Of a stretch of 28,497 bases of DNA, positions 10,601 to 21,160 are shown one piece after another; positions within the stretch are counted from its first letter, which is position 1, and each line of letters opens with the position of its first letter. Made by a program: the position numbers and the translations under genes. The DNA comes from Moniliella sp. 'wahieum'. Lineage: Eukaryota. The notes under the pieces are model-generated. The model worked only from the letters and a program-made list of their open reading frames with translations. It was not told the DNA's origin and ran no database searches. Location of the stretch: contig RSEE01000105.1 in NCBI GenBank assembly GCA_003971905.1, forward strand, positions 186,001 to 214,497. Reading direction: 5' to 3'.

Positions 10601-13600
10601 GACAGTGCGCTGCGACAAAGGCCGTGGGGAACAGATCGGCCATCGTGCCGGCCGATCCCACTTGGGCCGCGTCGCCCGCGGCCAAGATCTGCTGGACCAG
10701 GCTCAGTCGTCGCCCGACCGACTCACTCTCCTTGGTGGAGGCCAGCACGGCGCGCAAATCGTATCGGCGCATGTCACCGCTTGCACCACCACCTCCTGCG
10801 CCACCTGCGGGTCGACAAAGGGCAAGGGCTTGCGAACCAAACGCAAGAGAACCTCGGTCGCCTCCGGACTGACCGAGGAGGCCGACGGCCCAAACAGTTC
10901 CTGCCCGAGCGCTGTGACGGTACGTTCCAAGGGCGCGAGTGTCTCTGCCCACTGAGCGTCGGCGCTGGAGGGCAGAAGCTTGGCTTCCACCTCAGCGCTC
11001 AGGTGGAGAAGAGGTGCCAACGCTGTCGTTTGCGCCGGCAGTTCTGGCAAGCGCGCAATGGCGCCCGTCAGCTTCATCCAAAAGCTAGGGAGGTCAATAG
11101 GCGATTGGGTCGCAGCGGCAAGCTTGGGCAGCAGTGCAGCGATGAACTTCATCGTCACCGTCGGGCTGGCTCCTGGTGCAGCGCCATCAATTTGGCGAAG
11201 AAGAGCCAGCTCCATCCCAGCTTCCGCAGCCGCCGTCAGGCTATGGAGGAGATGATCCGCCTCCAGCGAGGCCACGGGTGGACGGCAAATCCGTGACCAA
11301 GGTGGTGAGAAGGGCGAAGCGCGTGTCCGCCTTGCCCGCGTCCGATGCATCCTCTACGTCCCGTTGGACAAGGTCCCCGTGACCCAGGTAGCTATTTCGG
11401 ACAGAGCGGTGGCAGCTTTCCATCGTGTTGGGCACGCCCGCCGGGGCAGGAGCGGAGAGAGAGCAACAATCTCCACCATGGCCGCCAGGTTGATCGCCGC
11501 CGTCTTGTCGGCCTCGGCGGCGGAATGGATAGCATCGACAAGAACGAAAGGGAGCAGGTCAACAGTCATCGCTGCGCCGGCTCGGCGCCAAACCGCGAAG
11601 GGTCTTGACGCTCTGTTGCACGAGCCAGGAGTGGTGTTGGCGTTGCCGTGCTGCGCGGCGGGACCGGTCAGGGTTGTGCTGGTGGAATCGGCCGTGAGCA
11701 TGTCGGCCCACAGGCCACCCAAGGATGACTCCACCAGACGCTCCGCCGCAGCGACGTTGATCTGCTTTGGGTCCGCAGTTGGGCTTTGCAGGATCCGGCG
11801 CGAAGCAAAGATGATCACCTCGCATTCGCCCTCAATCAAGGCCTTGCGACGCTGGTCAGAGCAACCTGAATCGGGTCAAGAGCATGGGCGAACGCACCAA
11901 ACAATGCCCGGCGCAGCCGAAGAGCAGCTGGCGAGGTAGGCGACCAAGCACACCCAGGCAGCGTAGAGACAAAAAACACCAACGCCGGAGCTCCCGGGTG
12001 GGGCCCATGCAACAAGCGGCCCGAACCCATCGGACGAAGAGCTTCCACAGGGCGAGGCCAAAATGACCAAGGCGTCGTCTTCGGACCGGTCCCCCCCGTT
12101 CCCAGCGTCATCGCCTTCTCTTCGGTTTCCTCTTCGTTTTCATCTTCATCGCCAGCCTCGTCCTTATCCTCCTCATCGGCTTCGCTGTCCGAATCATCTG
12201 TATCGGGCAAACACCAGGATTTGAGGCGACGCCCGCAGCAGAGGCACAATCGCCTCCAGCATAAGGCGGAAGGTCGAACCATCGCGTTCGGACCAAGCGT
12301 CTCGGAGGAGATGCACCAGGCGCGCAGGGGCGGCTTGTCCTGCTCATCCTGTGCGGGAGAGGGGGATGGGGGCGAGGGAGGCACGCCAAGGAGTGTTTGA
12401 AGAAGGGAGATGTGATGCGTGCACAACGACGCGATGAGGGCCCAGGCACGACCACGCAACTGAGGCGATGCGCCCGCAAGCGCTTGGGCGGGCGAAGGGC
12501 GGAGGGTGGCCGAGGACGGCGGATGGAAGCAGTCCCACAACTCGTCCGACGTAAGCAGAGCCGCCATGGAAGAATCGAGCGCAGCTGGGTCAGCGTGCAG
12601 TGTGTCTTGTCCCAACGTCGGGTCCTTGGCCACTGCCCACGCTAGCGATCCCAATGCGGCCGCCACGATACGGGCACACGTCGCCTCGATCGATTCCTCC
12701 ACCGCCTCGTCGCAGTTCTTGGCATCGCGCACGGGTGTGCTGGCACCAGCAGGGCCCCCTCGACCTGGGGAGAAGACGTCAAGAGGGGCAAGAATGGCGC
12801 GGCTCAAGTGGTTGATAAATTCCTGTCGCACCTCCCCGACCAGCTGGACTGGCCCCGGTGGGCGGGGGCGAGGTAAAGTAGACATGCTGCTGGAACACGG
12901 AAAACGCAGCACTGGCTACTGCTGCGTCGGTGTCGAACGCGAGCAGCGACCACGGGCCCAGGACGGCCTCGGTGTGCTCGGGCGTGCCGAGCAGCTCAGG
13001 ACCGGTGACGTCAGACGAACGAGCAGGTCTGGATCTGCGCCGACAGTTGGCGAGGCGACGTGTGGGCGAGACGGAGAGGCGGGAAAGAGGTGGACCTGAA
13101 CAAAGGGGGGGGGGGTTAGCATGCATCCCGGCGGGGGCGGGGGGGGTGGGAGAGCAGGACACGTACCCAACTGGGAAGCATCAGCACCAGCACCGACTCG
13201 TAGTCGGCCGTCGCACGGGGGTCGGCAGGTGGGCAAGGGCGTACTCAAGGTAGTCTTGAGGCCCTCGAGGGCACGCTGGCGGGTGACCACATCCTTCTTG
13301 CCTGCCTTGCGGAGGAGGACGACGAGGTCGGCAGGCAGCTGGTGTGCCAGCCGAGCGTGTCGAGGGGTCGAGGACGCCTTGGACCTTGGGGGGGATGTAC
13401 TGCTTGTTCTTGGCCTTGGCCTCGCGCTTCTGGCGCTTGGAGAGATGGGCGGCCTTGGGCTGCTTGGCCTGTTTGGCCTGGGCCTTGGCTGGGCTGACCG
13501 GGGCGGGGTCGGAGGGAGAGGGCGGGGGGGTGGTGTCGGAAGGGATGGGCTCGGGCGCCGGGGATGGAGTGGGTGTCGGGGTCGGGGGCGCCGCCGGCGA

Positions 13601-13730
13601 GGGCGTTGTCGAGGGTGGCGAGGGCGTGGAGGTCGCGGGAGCGCTTGTCGGCCTTCTTGGCGGCGTGGGCGGCCTGCTTTCGCGTGGCGGAGGAGGCGGA
13701 GGAGGCGGCGCTCTTGCGGCCCTTGGCCAT
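7624..13730 (-). CDS. LTN1: E3 ubiquitin ligase listerin (ribosome-associated quality control); intron 13096-13166; heavily frameshifted
   Basis: N-terminus MAKGRKSAASSASSATRK and LVVLLRKAGKKDVVTRQRALEGL, then a long Ala/Leu helical (HEAT-like) middle. RWD-like VASYTVDEETLEVRVRL/NFPL segment and C-terminal RING ECAICYSILSPADHSLPTKPCKTCKNKFHGQCLYKWVTTSGNSTCPLCR. The ~6 kb span fits listerin. Intron GTACGT...GCTAAC...CAG. Confidence 0.95.
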
Positions 13731-14079
13731 GGCGCAGGGGTGGTGGTGGTGGTGGTGGTGGTGATGGAGAAGGAGAGGTGGTGGTCGTCCGCGTGCAATC
13801 GGGTGGAAACGTCATTAATCCGACGGGAATCATCCACTTAAGCAGCCCGCTGCTAGGGTTGGTCCTGACGCAGCGTCACCGGTCACCCGATCATCCATCG
13901 CACTCCCCCCAGCACGTGACCACGTGACCTGCCGTTGCCTCTTCCAGCCGGCTGCAACCCTGACGCGCGGAATATACGCCGCAGCAACCCTAGCGCCGCG
14001 CGCGCCGGCCGCCGGGGCCTCGGCGGCGGTGGAGGGCGGCACAGGCCTCCCGCTCGTCCACGCCCACACCTCGTCCCCA
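13731..14079. promoter_or_regulatory. Putative bidirectional promoter shared by LTN1 and RPL26
   Basis: Only 349 bp between divergent ATGs. CACGTGAC twice (13913-13928); inverted GCTAGGGTTG (13852-13861) and CAACCCTAGC (13985-13994); palindrome TGACGCAGCGTCA (13866-13878). Confidence 0.7.
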
Positions 14080-14660
14080 ATGGTCTCCAGCAGCCGCCGC
14101 ACACCCGCAAGGCCCAGCTCAGCTCCCCGCCCATCTGCGGCGCAAGCTCATGAGCTCCCCGCTCAGCAAGGAGCTCCGGGCAGCACGGGCGTAGTCAGTC
14201 CTCCGTCTTCTCGCCCACAGCGGCCCCTCTGAACAGGATCATCCGCCAGCCAGCGCGCGAGCAGAGCCATGCGCTCTCTCTGTCGCTGTCGACCGCGGAA
14301 ACATCCGTCCTGTCCCTCCTCTCCATCCTCTTGCCTGGTGAGCGTGTGCTGACGCGCGTCTGGTTTGCTTGCACAGATCCGCTCCATGCCCGTTGTCAAG
14401 GGCGACGAGGTCCAGATTGTCCGGGGCTCCAAAAGGGCGCCGAGGGCCGTGTGACCCAGGTGTACCGCAAAAAGTGGGTCATCCACGTGGACCGCGTCGA
14501 GCGCGAAAAGGCAAAGGAACAAACGGTGCCCATCCCCGTTGCTGCGTCCAACGTGGTGATCACCAAGCTCAAGCTCGACAAGAGCCGCAAGCTCATCATC
14601 TCGCGCAAGTCGGGTAAGCCTGTCGCCGACGCCGAGGGCGACGTTGAGATGAAGGCCTAA
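14080..14660 (+). CDS. RPL26: 60S ribosomal protein L26 (uL24); intron ~14191-14376; frameshifted
   Basis: MVSSSRR..RKAQLSSP..HLRRKLMSSPLSKELR | IRSMPVVKGDEVQIVRGS..KGAEGRVTQVYRKKWVIHVDRVEREK..TVPIPVAASNVVITKLKLDKSRK. Branch GCTGAC 14348-14353, acceptor CAG ending 14376. Confidence 0.96.
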
Positions 14661-15218
14661 TCGGGTTGAGAACCTGGACCTTGCTTTTTTGCAGTAGCTT
14701 GCCCTTCCGCCAGCTGGAACCTGGGCCAGTTGCACTTGATCCATCTAATCTCTTTTGCCTCCCTGCGTTTCATCGTACCACCACCCACACTTCCTTTTGC
14801 TTTACCCCTATCTCGCTGTCATCGGTACTCCCGGTACTCTGACGCAAAAATGGCCACGGCCCCTCCCTCCATTGGAATATGCATCACATCCGCGCCCCGC
14901 GTGCGCCATGGCGGCTCTGTGCCATGGTATCCACTTCTTCCAGGTATCGTAGTCGCCGGTGCGAGCTGCTGCTCACATCATGCAATCCTATGAAGGGCTC
15001 AACTTAACAGTTGAACAGCAAAAGTGAGGGTGTTGCCGTTGCGTATTTCCCCCTAGACAAGGTAGATTCACGATGCTGGAGGTACACCACTATGCTGGGC
15101 ACATTGGATTCGGTGACCTAGCCACGATGTACGGACCAGCCTGTGTGTGGGGGGGTGAGAACCTGTGCGATGCATTGAAATGGGGGAGTCTCAACGAGGT
15201 GTAATTGAGGCAAAAGTC

Positions 15219-15224
15219 AAAAAA
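15219..15224 (-). terminator. RNA polymerase III oligo-T terminator of tRNA-Lys
   Basis: T6 immediately 3' of the tRNA discriminator base. Confidence 0.85.
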
Positions 15225-15309
15225 CGCCCCACGTGGGACTCGAACCCACAACCGTGAGATGGACCTCTTGAATAAGAGTCTCAAATTCTACCGATTGAAA
15301 TAGCGAGGC
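15225..15309 (-). tRNA. tRNA-Lys(CTT) with 12-nt intron (15261-15272) at canonical position 37/38
   Basis: Minus strand reads GCCTCGC TA TTTC AATCGGTA GAAT T TGAGA CTCTTA [TTCAAGAGGTCC] A TCTCA CGGTT GTGGG TTCGAGT CCCAC GTGGGGC G. Acceptor, anticodon and T stems all pair, the B-box is intact, and intron AAGAG is complementary to the anticodon loop. Confidence 0.93.
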
Positions 15310-16838
15310 TGGATACTTCACTGCTGACCTTCCAGAAACCATGGCCGCACTCACCACATCGATGGGACTTGGCCTGGATCTCTAGTGGAAGTGTTATGCT
15401 TCTTTGACTAGCTATGATGCGTTTTCTTGGTGGGGCGGCGAATGAGAATATGATGTCGTAGAGCCCCGACGGACGTCGGCCTACTTTGTAAGGCACAGTA
15501 GCTGCCTCGGGAAGGAGACTATCCTGACGATCATAACCCCACGCGATGAGAGCAGCGACCGGAACCTTCACGTGAAGTGTTGTGGAGTGCCCGGTAAAAG
15601 AGGTTGACTGGCCTGCGGATGCGCACTGGGATCGCGATAGGGCAGTTACTCGTCGATCTTCGTAACAGTCGCAACGACCGGATTGACACTACATAAAGAC
15701 GCACGTTCAACGTACTACTACTACGGTGAACGCTGAAACGTTCGGCACTTGAGCGGTACCAAACACCATTATCTGCTTGCACCTCCCCCGACTCCTTCCT
15801 GGAACATACAGCAGACACCAGACCCTCCGTCGCAGCCTACAGTCCCACTGTGCTGCTAGGGGTGAAGAACAGGATGAGTCCGCTCGATCAAGGCATAAAG
15901 TTGAAGCTGCAGACGATCCTTCCCGAGACCTGAGGTCTTCCTGTCCCCAGCCCGTGAGGCACTGCGGTTCGTGACTGGTTTTGCAGTTGGGCTTGAAGGG
16001 AGTCAACACGACCGTGCCCAGTGTACAGTGCCCCGGCTAAAGAAACTACGGAGGAGACCGAGGGGACCGGTAGTGCGGACCACTACGACCGAGTGGCGAA
16101 AACAACAAGACGCTGGCGAGCGTCCGTCGTGGCGGTACACAATATCAGCCCCACCTTGTCCTGATACCGGCACCGCAGCCCCTCGCCCATACCGCTCCTG
16201 TCCGCCATTCTGCCTGCCACCGATTACACCGGGCGCAAGTGGGATGCGTAAACGACCACTTTCTTTGGTGCCTGGCTGCGCTGCGAGACGCGCGGCCTCT
16301 AGTCCCCGGCGGGAGGAAGGGCCATGGTGTGACAGCGGCAAAATGCGAGTAGCAAGATGGGGCTCATCCGAGAGCGGGTGCATTATAATCGCAATCCCTT
16401 GGACTCTTTCGTAAGACAAGCACACGCACCAACACTTCTGGGCCAAGTCACTGCCGGCATGGTGGCCATCACAGAGGTAGCAGCAAGACGAGGCTCATCA
16501 GTCACATGGGCACAGGAGTGCCAGCCTCTTCGCAACCACCGTCTCGTCCTGCGCAAACGGACAGCGGCGTGTGTCGTCGGGAGGGGGGGCGAGGAGAAGC
16601 AGCAGTCCTCATTCCCTCGGCGAGGAGCGTCGAAAGCCCCCACGGAGACGATAACAATCGACAAGCCCGTCGCCAGCCGATCACGCGGGATGGCAGCGCG
16701 TCACGCCATCATCACACGCGGGCAACCAGCAGCCCCAGCGGCTCGCCAGTATTAGCTTGCCCCCAGCCAACCGGCAGGCTGCCCCGCATCCCACCCTCTC
16801 CTCCACCCCGGCCGGCCACGCTCCCATGCGTACATGCC

Positions 16839-18112
16839 ATGCCCACCCCCGCCCCCGCCACCGACTCCGACGTTGAGCAGCACCCGACCGCCCCCGAGCT
16901 GCGCCGCAGCGGCCATCCGGCGCCTTCGCTTGTCCGCAACGCCCTCGCGTCTCTCCGCTCCCTCTTCCACGTCCGCCAGGTCCACGGCAACCTCACCCGC
17001 GACTTTAGCGGTACGTCCCTCCCCGTCCAGCTGACGCCCCGTCTCGACTAACATTCTCTCTCCGGCCAGCTCGCGAGCGGACGTACATTGCCTGGACCAA
17101 GATCGCCCTCACGCTCGGTGGGATCGGTGCTGTGATGCTGGTCAAGCTTGATGTTGGTCCGGACGGAGCGGGCGTGCCTTCCTTTGCCTCTTCCGCCCAC
17201 GCCCCCTCCCCTCCCCAGATGCTCGAGGAGCACTCCTTCCCGCACGCGCTCTGGCTCGCACGCAATGCCGCCCTCCACCGCGCTCAGGCTCGTCGCGCCG
17301 CCTGGTGGTACCACCAGCTGCAGCACCACCCAACCAGCGCACCGCGTGGGCCTGCCCCTCCCATGGAGTGGGCAGAACAGAGCATGGCCAACCTCCCTCT
17401 CGCACCCCATGGCCCGCGTACCCGGGGACAGGCAGCAGTATCCTTTCCTCCTCCCCACGTTCGATCCACAGATGCCAACCGTCAAGGTGCCCCCCCCCAC
17501 CCGCCGCTCGTTCTCCTCCTCGCTCTCCCGCTCCCGCAGCCCCGTCACGTGGCAAGCCGCGCGACATTTGTCCACCCGCCTTGGCTCGCTCATCTCGGGC
17601 TCTCTGTATTTCTTGCAAGCACTCCTAGCGTTGCTGATTGGTCTGGCGGACTACTTGCGAACGGAGCGGGCATTGGAAAAGATTGATGAGATCAACGACC
17701 AGGAGGCCGGGGCTAAGCAAGCCCTCGAGGCGTACACGTCGGCCTTGGCCTCGGCCCAGGCTCAAGCACGTGCTGCAGCCGTGGCTGAGACGGAATCTGG
17801 AGCTGAACGTGGGATCGCGACGCCTCCCTCGCTGGGCCCCGACTCGTGTGGGCCCGCCTGCCACAACCTGTGCCCCGGCTCCAGGACGATGACATTGCTC
17901 GAGCTCGTAGCGGCTACTTGGTCGATTGGATCACTGGCTTGCTCCTCCTTCTTGGTGGCATCATCGCGCTAGTGCCATCATTTGTTGGCGGACGAAGGCA
18001 GTGTGCAGAGCAGCTACCAGTGAATTCCGTTGCTGCTGTATGGCTGTCATCTATGTTGCTCTTTAATCTAGGCTGCATCGCAGGGTATCGCCCCATCGGG
18101 AGTAGGAGATAG
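16839..18112 (+). CDS. DUF202 (YidH/Vtc1-type) membrane protein with long insertions; intron 17011-17069; stop at 17972 or 18112 depending on a frameshift
   Basis: Spliced sequence NLTRDFSARERTYIAWTKIALTLGGIGAVML matches the DUF202 RDxxAxERTxLAW motif plus TM1. Further hydrophobic helices SLISGSLYFLQALLALLIGLADY and YLVDWITGLLLLLGGIIALV. Intron GTACGT..ACTAAC..CAG. Confidence 0.75.
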
Positions 18113-18269
18113 GCAAGTCGTGGTCGAGCGGAGAATTCAGTTAGCGTGGGAGGGGGACCACTTTTGGTACGCTAGGCGTCATAGCATTGCAGAGATAGGC
18201 TAAAAGGGCGGAAGACAATTGCTTCTCCCGGCCGAAGAGAAAGCAAGGGCCAAAGCAAAGCAAATGCAA

Positions 18270-19478
18270 TTAGAAGTTCTTGATGACCGCGTCGGTGAAC
18301 TCGGCGGGGTGGACTTGCCGCCAACGTCGGGAGTGCCAATGCGAGCTTCAGAGATGACATTGTACAGCGAGTTGGCAATCGTGTTGGCCTGTGCGTTGAG
18401 GCCGAGGTGACGGAGCATCATCGTCGACGAAAGCAGCATCGCTGTCGGGTTGGCCTTACCCGTGCCCTCAATGTCCTTGGCCACGTGACGGCAGCCAGGC
18501 TCGTACAGCGCGTATTCACGTCCAATGTTGGCACCGGGGATCACACCGGGGCCACCGACCAGGGCAGCACCAATGTTCGACACAATGTTGCCGTACAGGT
18601 TGGGCGTGACCACGACATCGAACTGCTGCGGGTTGCTGACGAGCTGCATGGAAGTGTTGTCGACAATCATCGAGTTGTGCTCAATGCCAGCGTGGCTGTA
18701 CTCCTTGGCCACCTCGTTGAAGGTGCGGAGGAAAAGACCGTCACCAAGCTTCATAATGTTGGCCTTGTGCACACACGTCACCTTCTTGCGCCCATTGCGC
18801 ACAGCAAAGTCAAACGCGAAACGTGCGATCCGCTCGGCCTTTGCCCGCGTCGAAACCTTCAGCGACTCAACCACGCCAGGGTAGGACTGGTGCTCCAGAC
18901 CCGAGTACTCTCCCTCCGTGTTCTCACGGATGATGACAAAGTCCACGTTGGGGTGGCGCGTCGGGTGGCCGGGCAACGTCTTGCAAAGCACCATCGAGGC
19001 GTAAATGTCGAGCTGCTGACGCATGGCCACGTTCCACGAGTTGTGGCCGCCAGCCTCAATGGGGGTGTAGAAGATACCTAGCCATCGCATCCGTTAGCAT
19101 TCTCCAGGGAAAACCAAGAAACAATGAGAAAACAAAACAAAACAAACGTACCCTTGAGACCGACCTTGTTACGCTGGAGGGATTGCATGGCCTCCTGGAA
19201 GAGCGCCTCGGAGCCGTGCGTCTCGCCAGACACGTCAAACTCCTCCCACTCGACGGGCACGTTGAGCGACTCAAACACCTGCTTGACCGAGTGCGTGACC
19301 TCCTTGCCAATGCCGTCACCAGGGCAGAGAGTCACCACCGACACACCGCCGTACTTCTTGGGCAGAGCAGGGGGTTGTCCATGCTCAGGGTGCTCATGGC
19401 GCGCGCGGCGAGACGCGGGGCAGGGGCAGCGGCAGCGCGGACGCTGCGGGCAAGGCCAAGGCTGCGCGGGAGAGCCAT
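18270..19478 (-). CDS. IDH1: Mitochondrial NAD-dependent isocitrate dehydrogenase, regulatory subunit 1; intron 19078-19151; two frameshifts (~19370, ~18308)
   Basis: Arg/Ala-rich presequence, [70 protein letters not shown] (Asn for the metal-binding Asp residues) and YEPGCRH mark the regulatory subunit. Reconstructed end AEFTDAVIKNF*. Confidence 0.96.
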
Positions 19479-21160
19479 GTTGGAGAGTGTGTGCGGGAGG
19501 GGGGGAGGGCAAGGGGTGGCGACAGAGGTGGTGGTGGGGGGGGGGCGGGGGCAGGCGCCGAAGAAAGTGCAGACTGCGCTGGGCGAGCACCGAATCCGGC
19601 GCAAACGCAAACCGCGCAGGCCGACGCAAACACGCGCAAACCAGCCGCAAATCGGTGTGTTTTGGGTGCGTTTGCAGCCAAGGAACGAGAAGGCAACCAA
19701 CGGGAAAACAGCGGCGGAATTCTGCAGAAAAGGGGGCTCTGACGCGTGACGTACCTTGCTTCTGTGCGCCTTGCGGTCTGGAGCAGGGGAGGCGGCCGGG
19801 CATGCGCACAACGCAGACTGCCCGCCTACCGTGTTCCAGCTTCCTGCGCTGCCGGCGGCGTGCTGGGACGCCCAGGTGCAGGCTGAGGCTGGGACCTGAG
19901 ACGGCGGAGGCCGGAAGATCCGGCGCAAAGGCAGTGTCTGTGTGGATACGTTGCAGCCAACCATGCCATGTCCCCGGCCAGCCCTGAGCGCCTGAGCCAC
20001 CAACGACGTCACTGTCGCTGGAAGCGTCACGCGTCACTGGTCAGTGGTCCTTAGTCAAAGACAAAGTCAGTAGTCACTGGTTCTTACGTGGCACCCACTG
20101 CCGCCGGCTGCGACGCCTCCCGCTTCCTGGAGTGCGGATCAAGGGCCACACCCACGTGGAGCGGCGCAGGAGAGGATTCGATGTGGAGGTTCGGGGGAAA
20201 CCGGCCAAGAAGTGCTCCATCCAAGTCATTCATCACGCGCTTCACACATTATCGCCATCACATGCACCATGCATCTGCCTCTGGAAGCGGGATGTGCGCT
20301 GGTGTGCCTGGAGGGGCGTGGCTGTCAAGAAGGATTTGTGTACGCCGCCTGGAAATCAAACTCAAGCCATTGCGGAGCAGCCATGCCGCAGATGCCCGAT
20401 CGACCACATCGCTAGAGTGCCAGGGACTACGCCCGCCTCGGCCCCTCAGGCACCCACACTGCACGGCCATCTGATGGACGACTGCGCGCTGGCGCTGAGC
20501 CATGGGTACATGGGTGCGCATCTCAGCGACGTTGACCGGTAGCCTGCAACCGGGAACCTCGCCAGCCAGATCCCCACTCTGCTCGACCCCGTTGAAGTTC
20601 TACTCGTACACAACGTTGACTAGTGATCCTAGTGACCAGCTGCTCGCTGTTCTGCGCGGTGTTGTTGACACGCCGGGCGTCGAACTTTACCATACGTCAT
20701 GCGTGTGGATCCGTGAGCATTTGAGATGTGCGATCGATGTCAAATCAGAGATCGCATCGGAGAGAAGACTGAGCCCGTGCCTCCGCGCCACGGCCCCCTA
20801 TCGACCACTCCAGCCGACGCCCAGCGCCCAGCGCCCAGGCCCGAACAGCCTCAACGTGAACCCGCCCAATCCTCGCGCAGCCTTCCGGAGCCCCAGGCCA
20901 GGGCCAGAGCTTGGCGCCGGGCCAGCGCTCCGCTGCTCAGCGCTCAGTCTCAGCATCTTCCAAGCCAATGCGTGTCGACACACACCCCGCCGCCGAAACA
21001 CACGCAAAAACATATCCCCCCTTCCCCAAAATGGCCGAAAACCCGCGCCATGAAAAAAGAAGACATTCCATTCCGCCCGCCCCGAGCCAGGTCGCTGTTG
21101 CGTTCGGACGGCTGCTTCTCTCGCTCACACGCTACCATCCTCCCCTTGCCGTCGCTCGTG
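19479..21160. promoter_or_regulatory. Divergent intergenic region shared by IDH1 and IDH2
   Basis: 1682 bp between head-to-head ATGs with no convincing gene. Contains a 12-bp inverted repeat (19740-19751/20025-20036), a GTCAC cluster and a CGCAAA cluster. Confidence 0.6.

Noticed and set aside
7624..13730. LTN1 (and other genes) as pseudogenes or programmed-frameshift genes
   Set aside because: Frameshifts hit nearly all genes, including RPL26 and both IDH subunits, while conserved motifs are intact. Sequencing error is far more parsimonious.
13739..13763. (GGT)n tract and upstream ORF extensions of LTN1
   Set aside because: An ordinary (ACC)n 5'UTR microsatellite; MAKGRKS at 13730 is the family-like start.
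14221..14337. Possible cassette exon inside the RPL26 intron (CAG at 14220, GTGAGC at 14338)
   Set aside because: Flanking introns would be only 30 and 39 nt, with no branch site in the first and the donor ~10 nt from the branch in the second.
14191..14376. Intronic snoRNA in RPL26
   Set aside because: No convincing box C (RTGATGA)/box D pair or H/ACA layout seen by eye.
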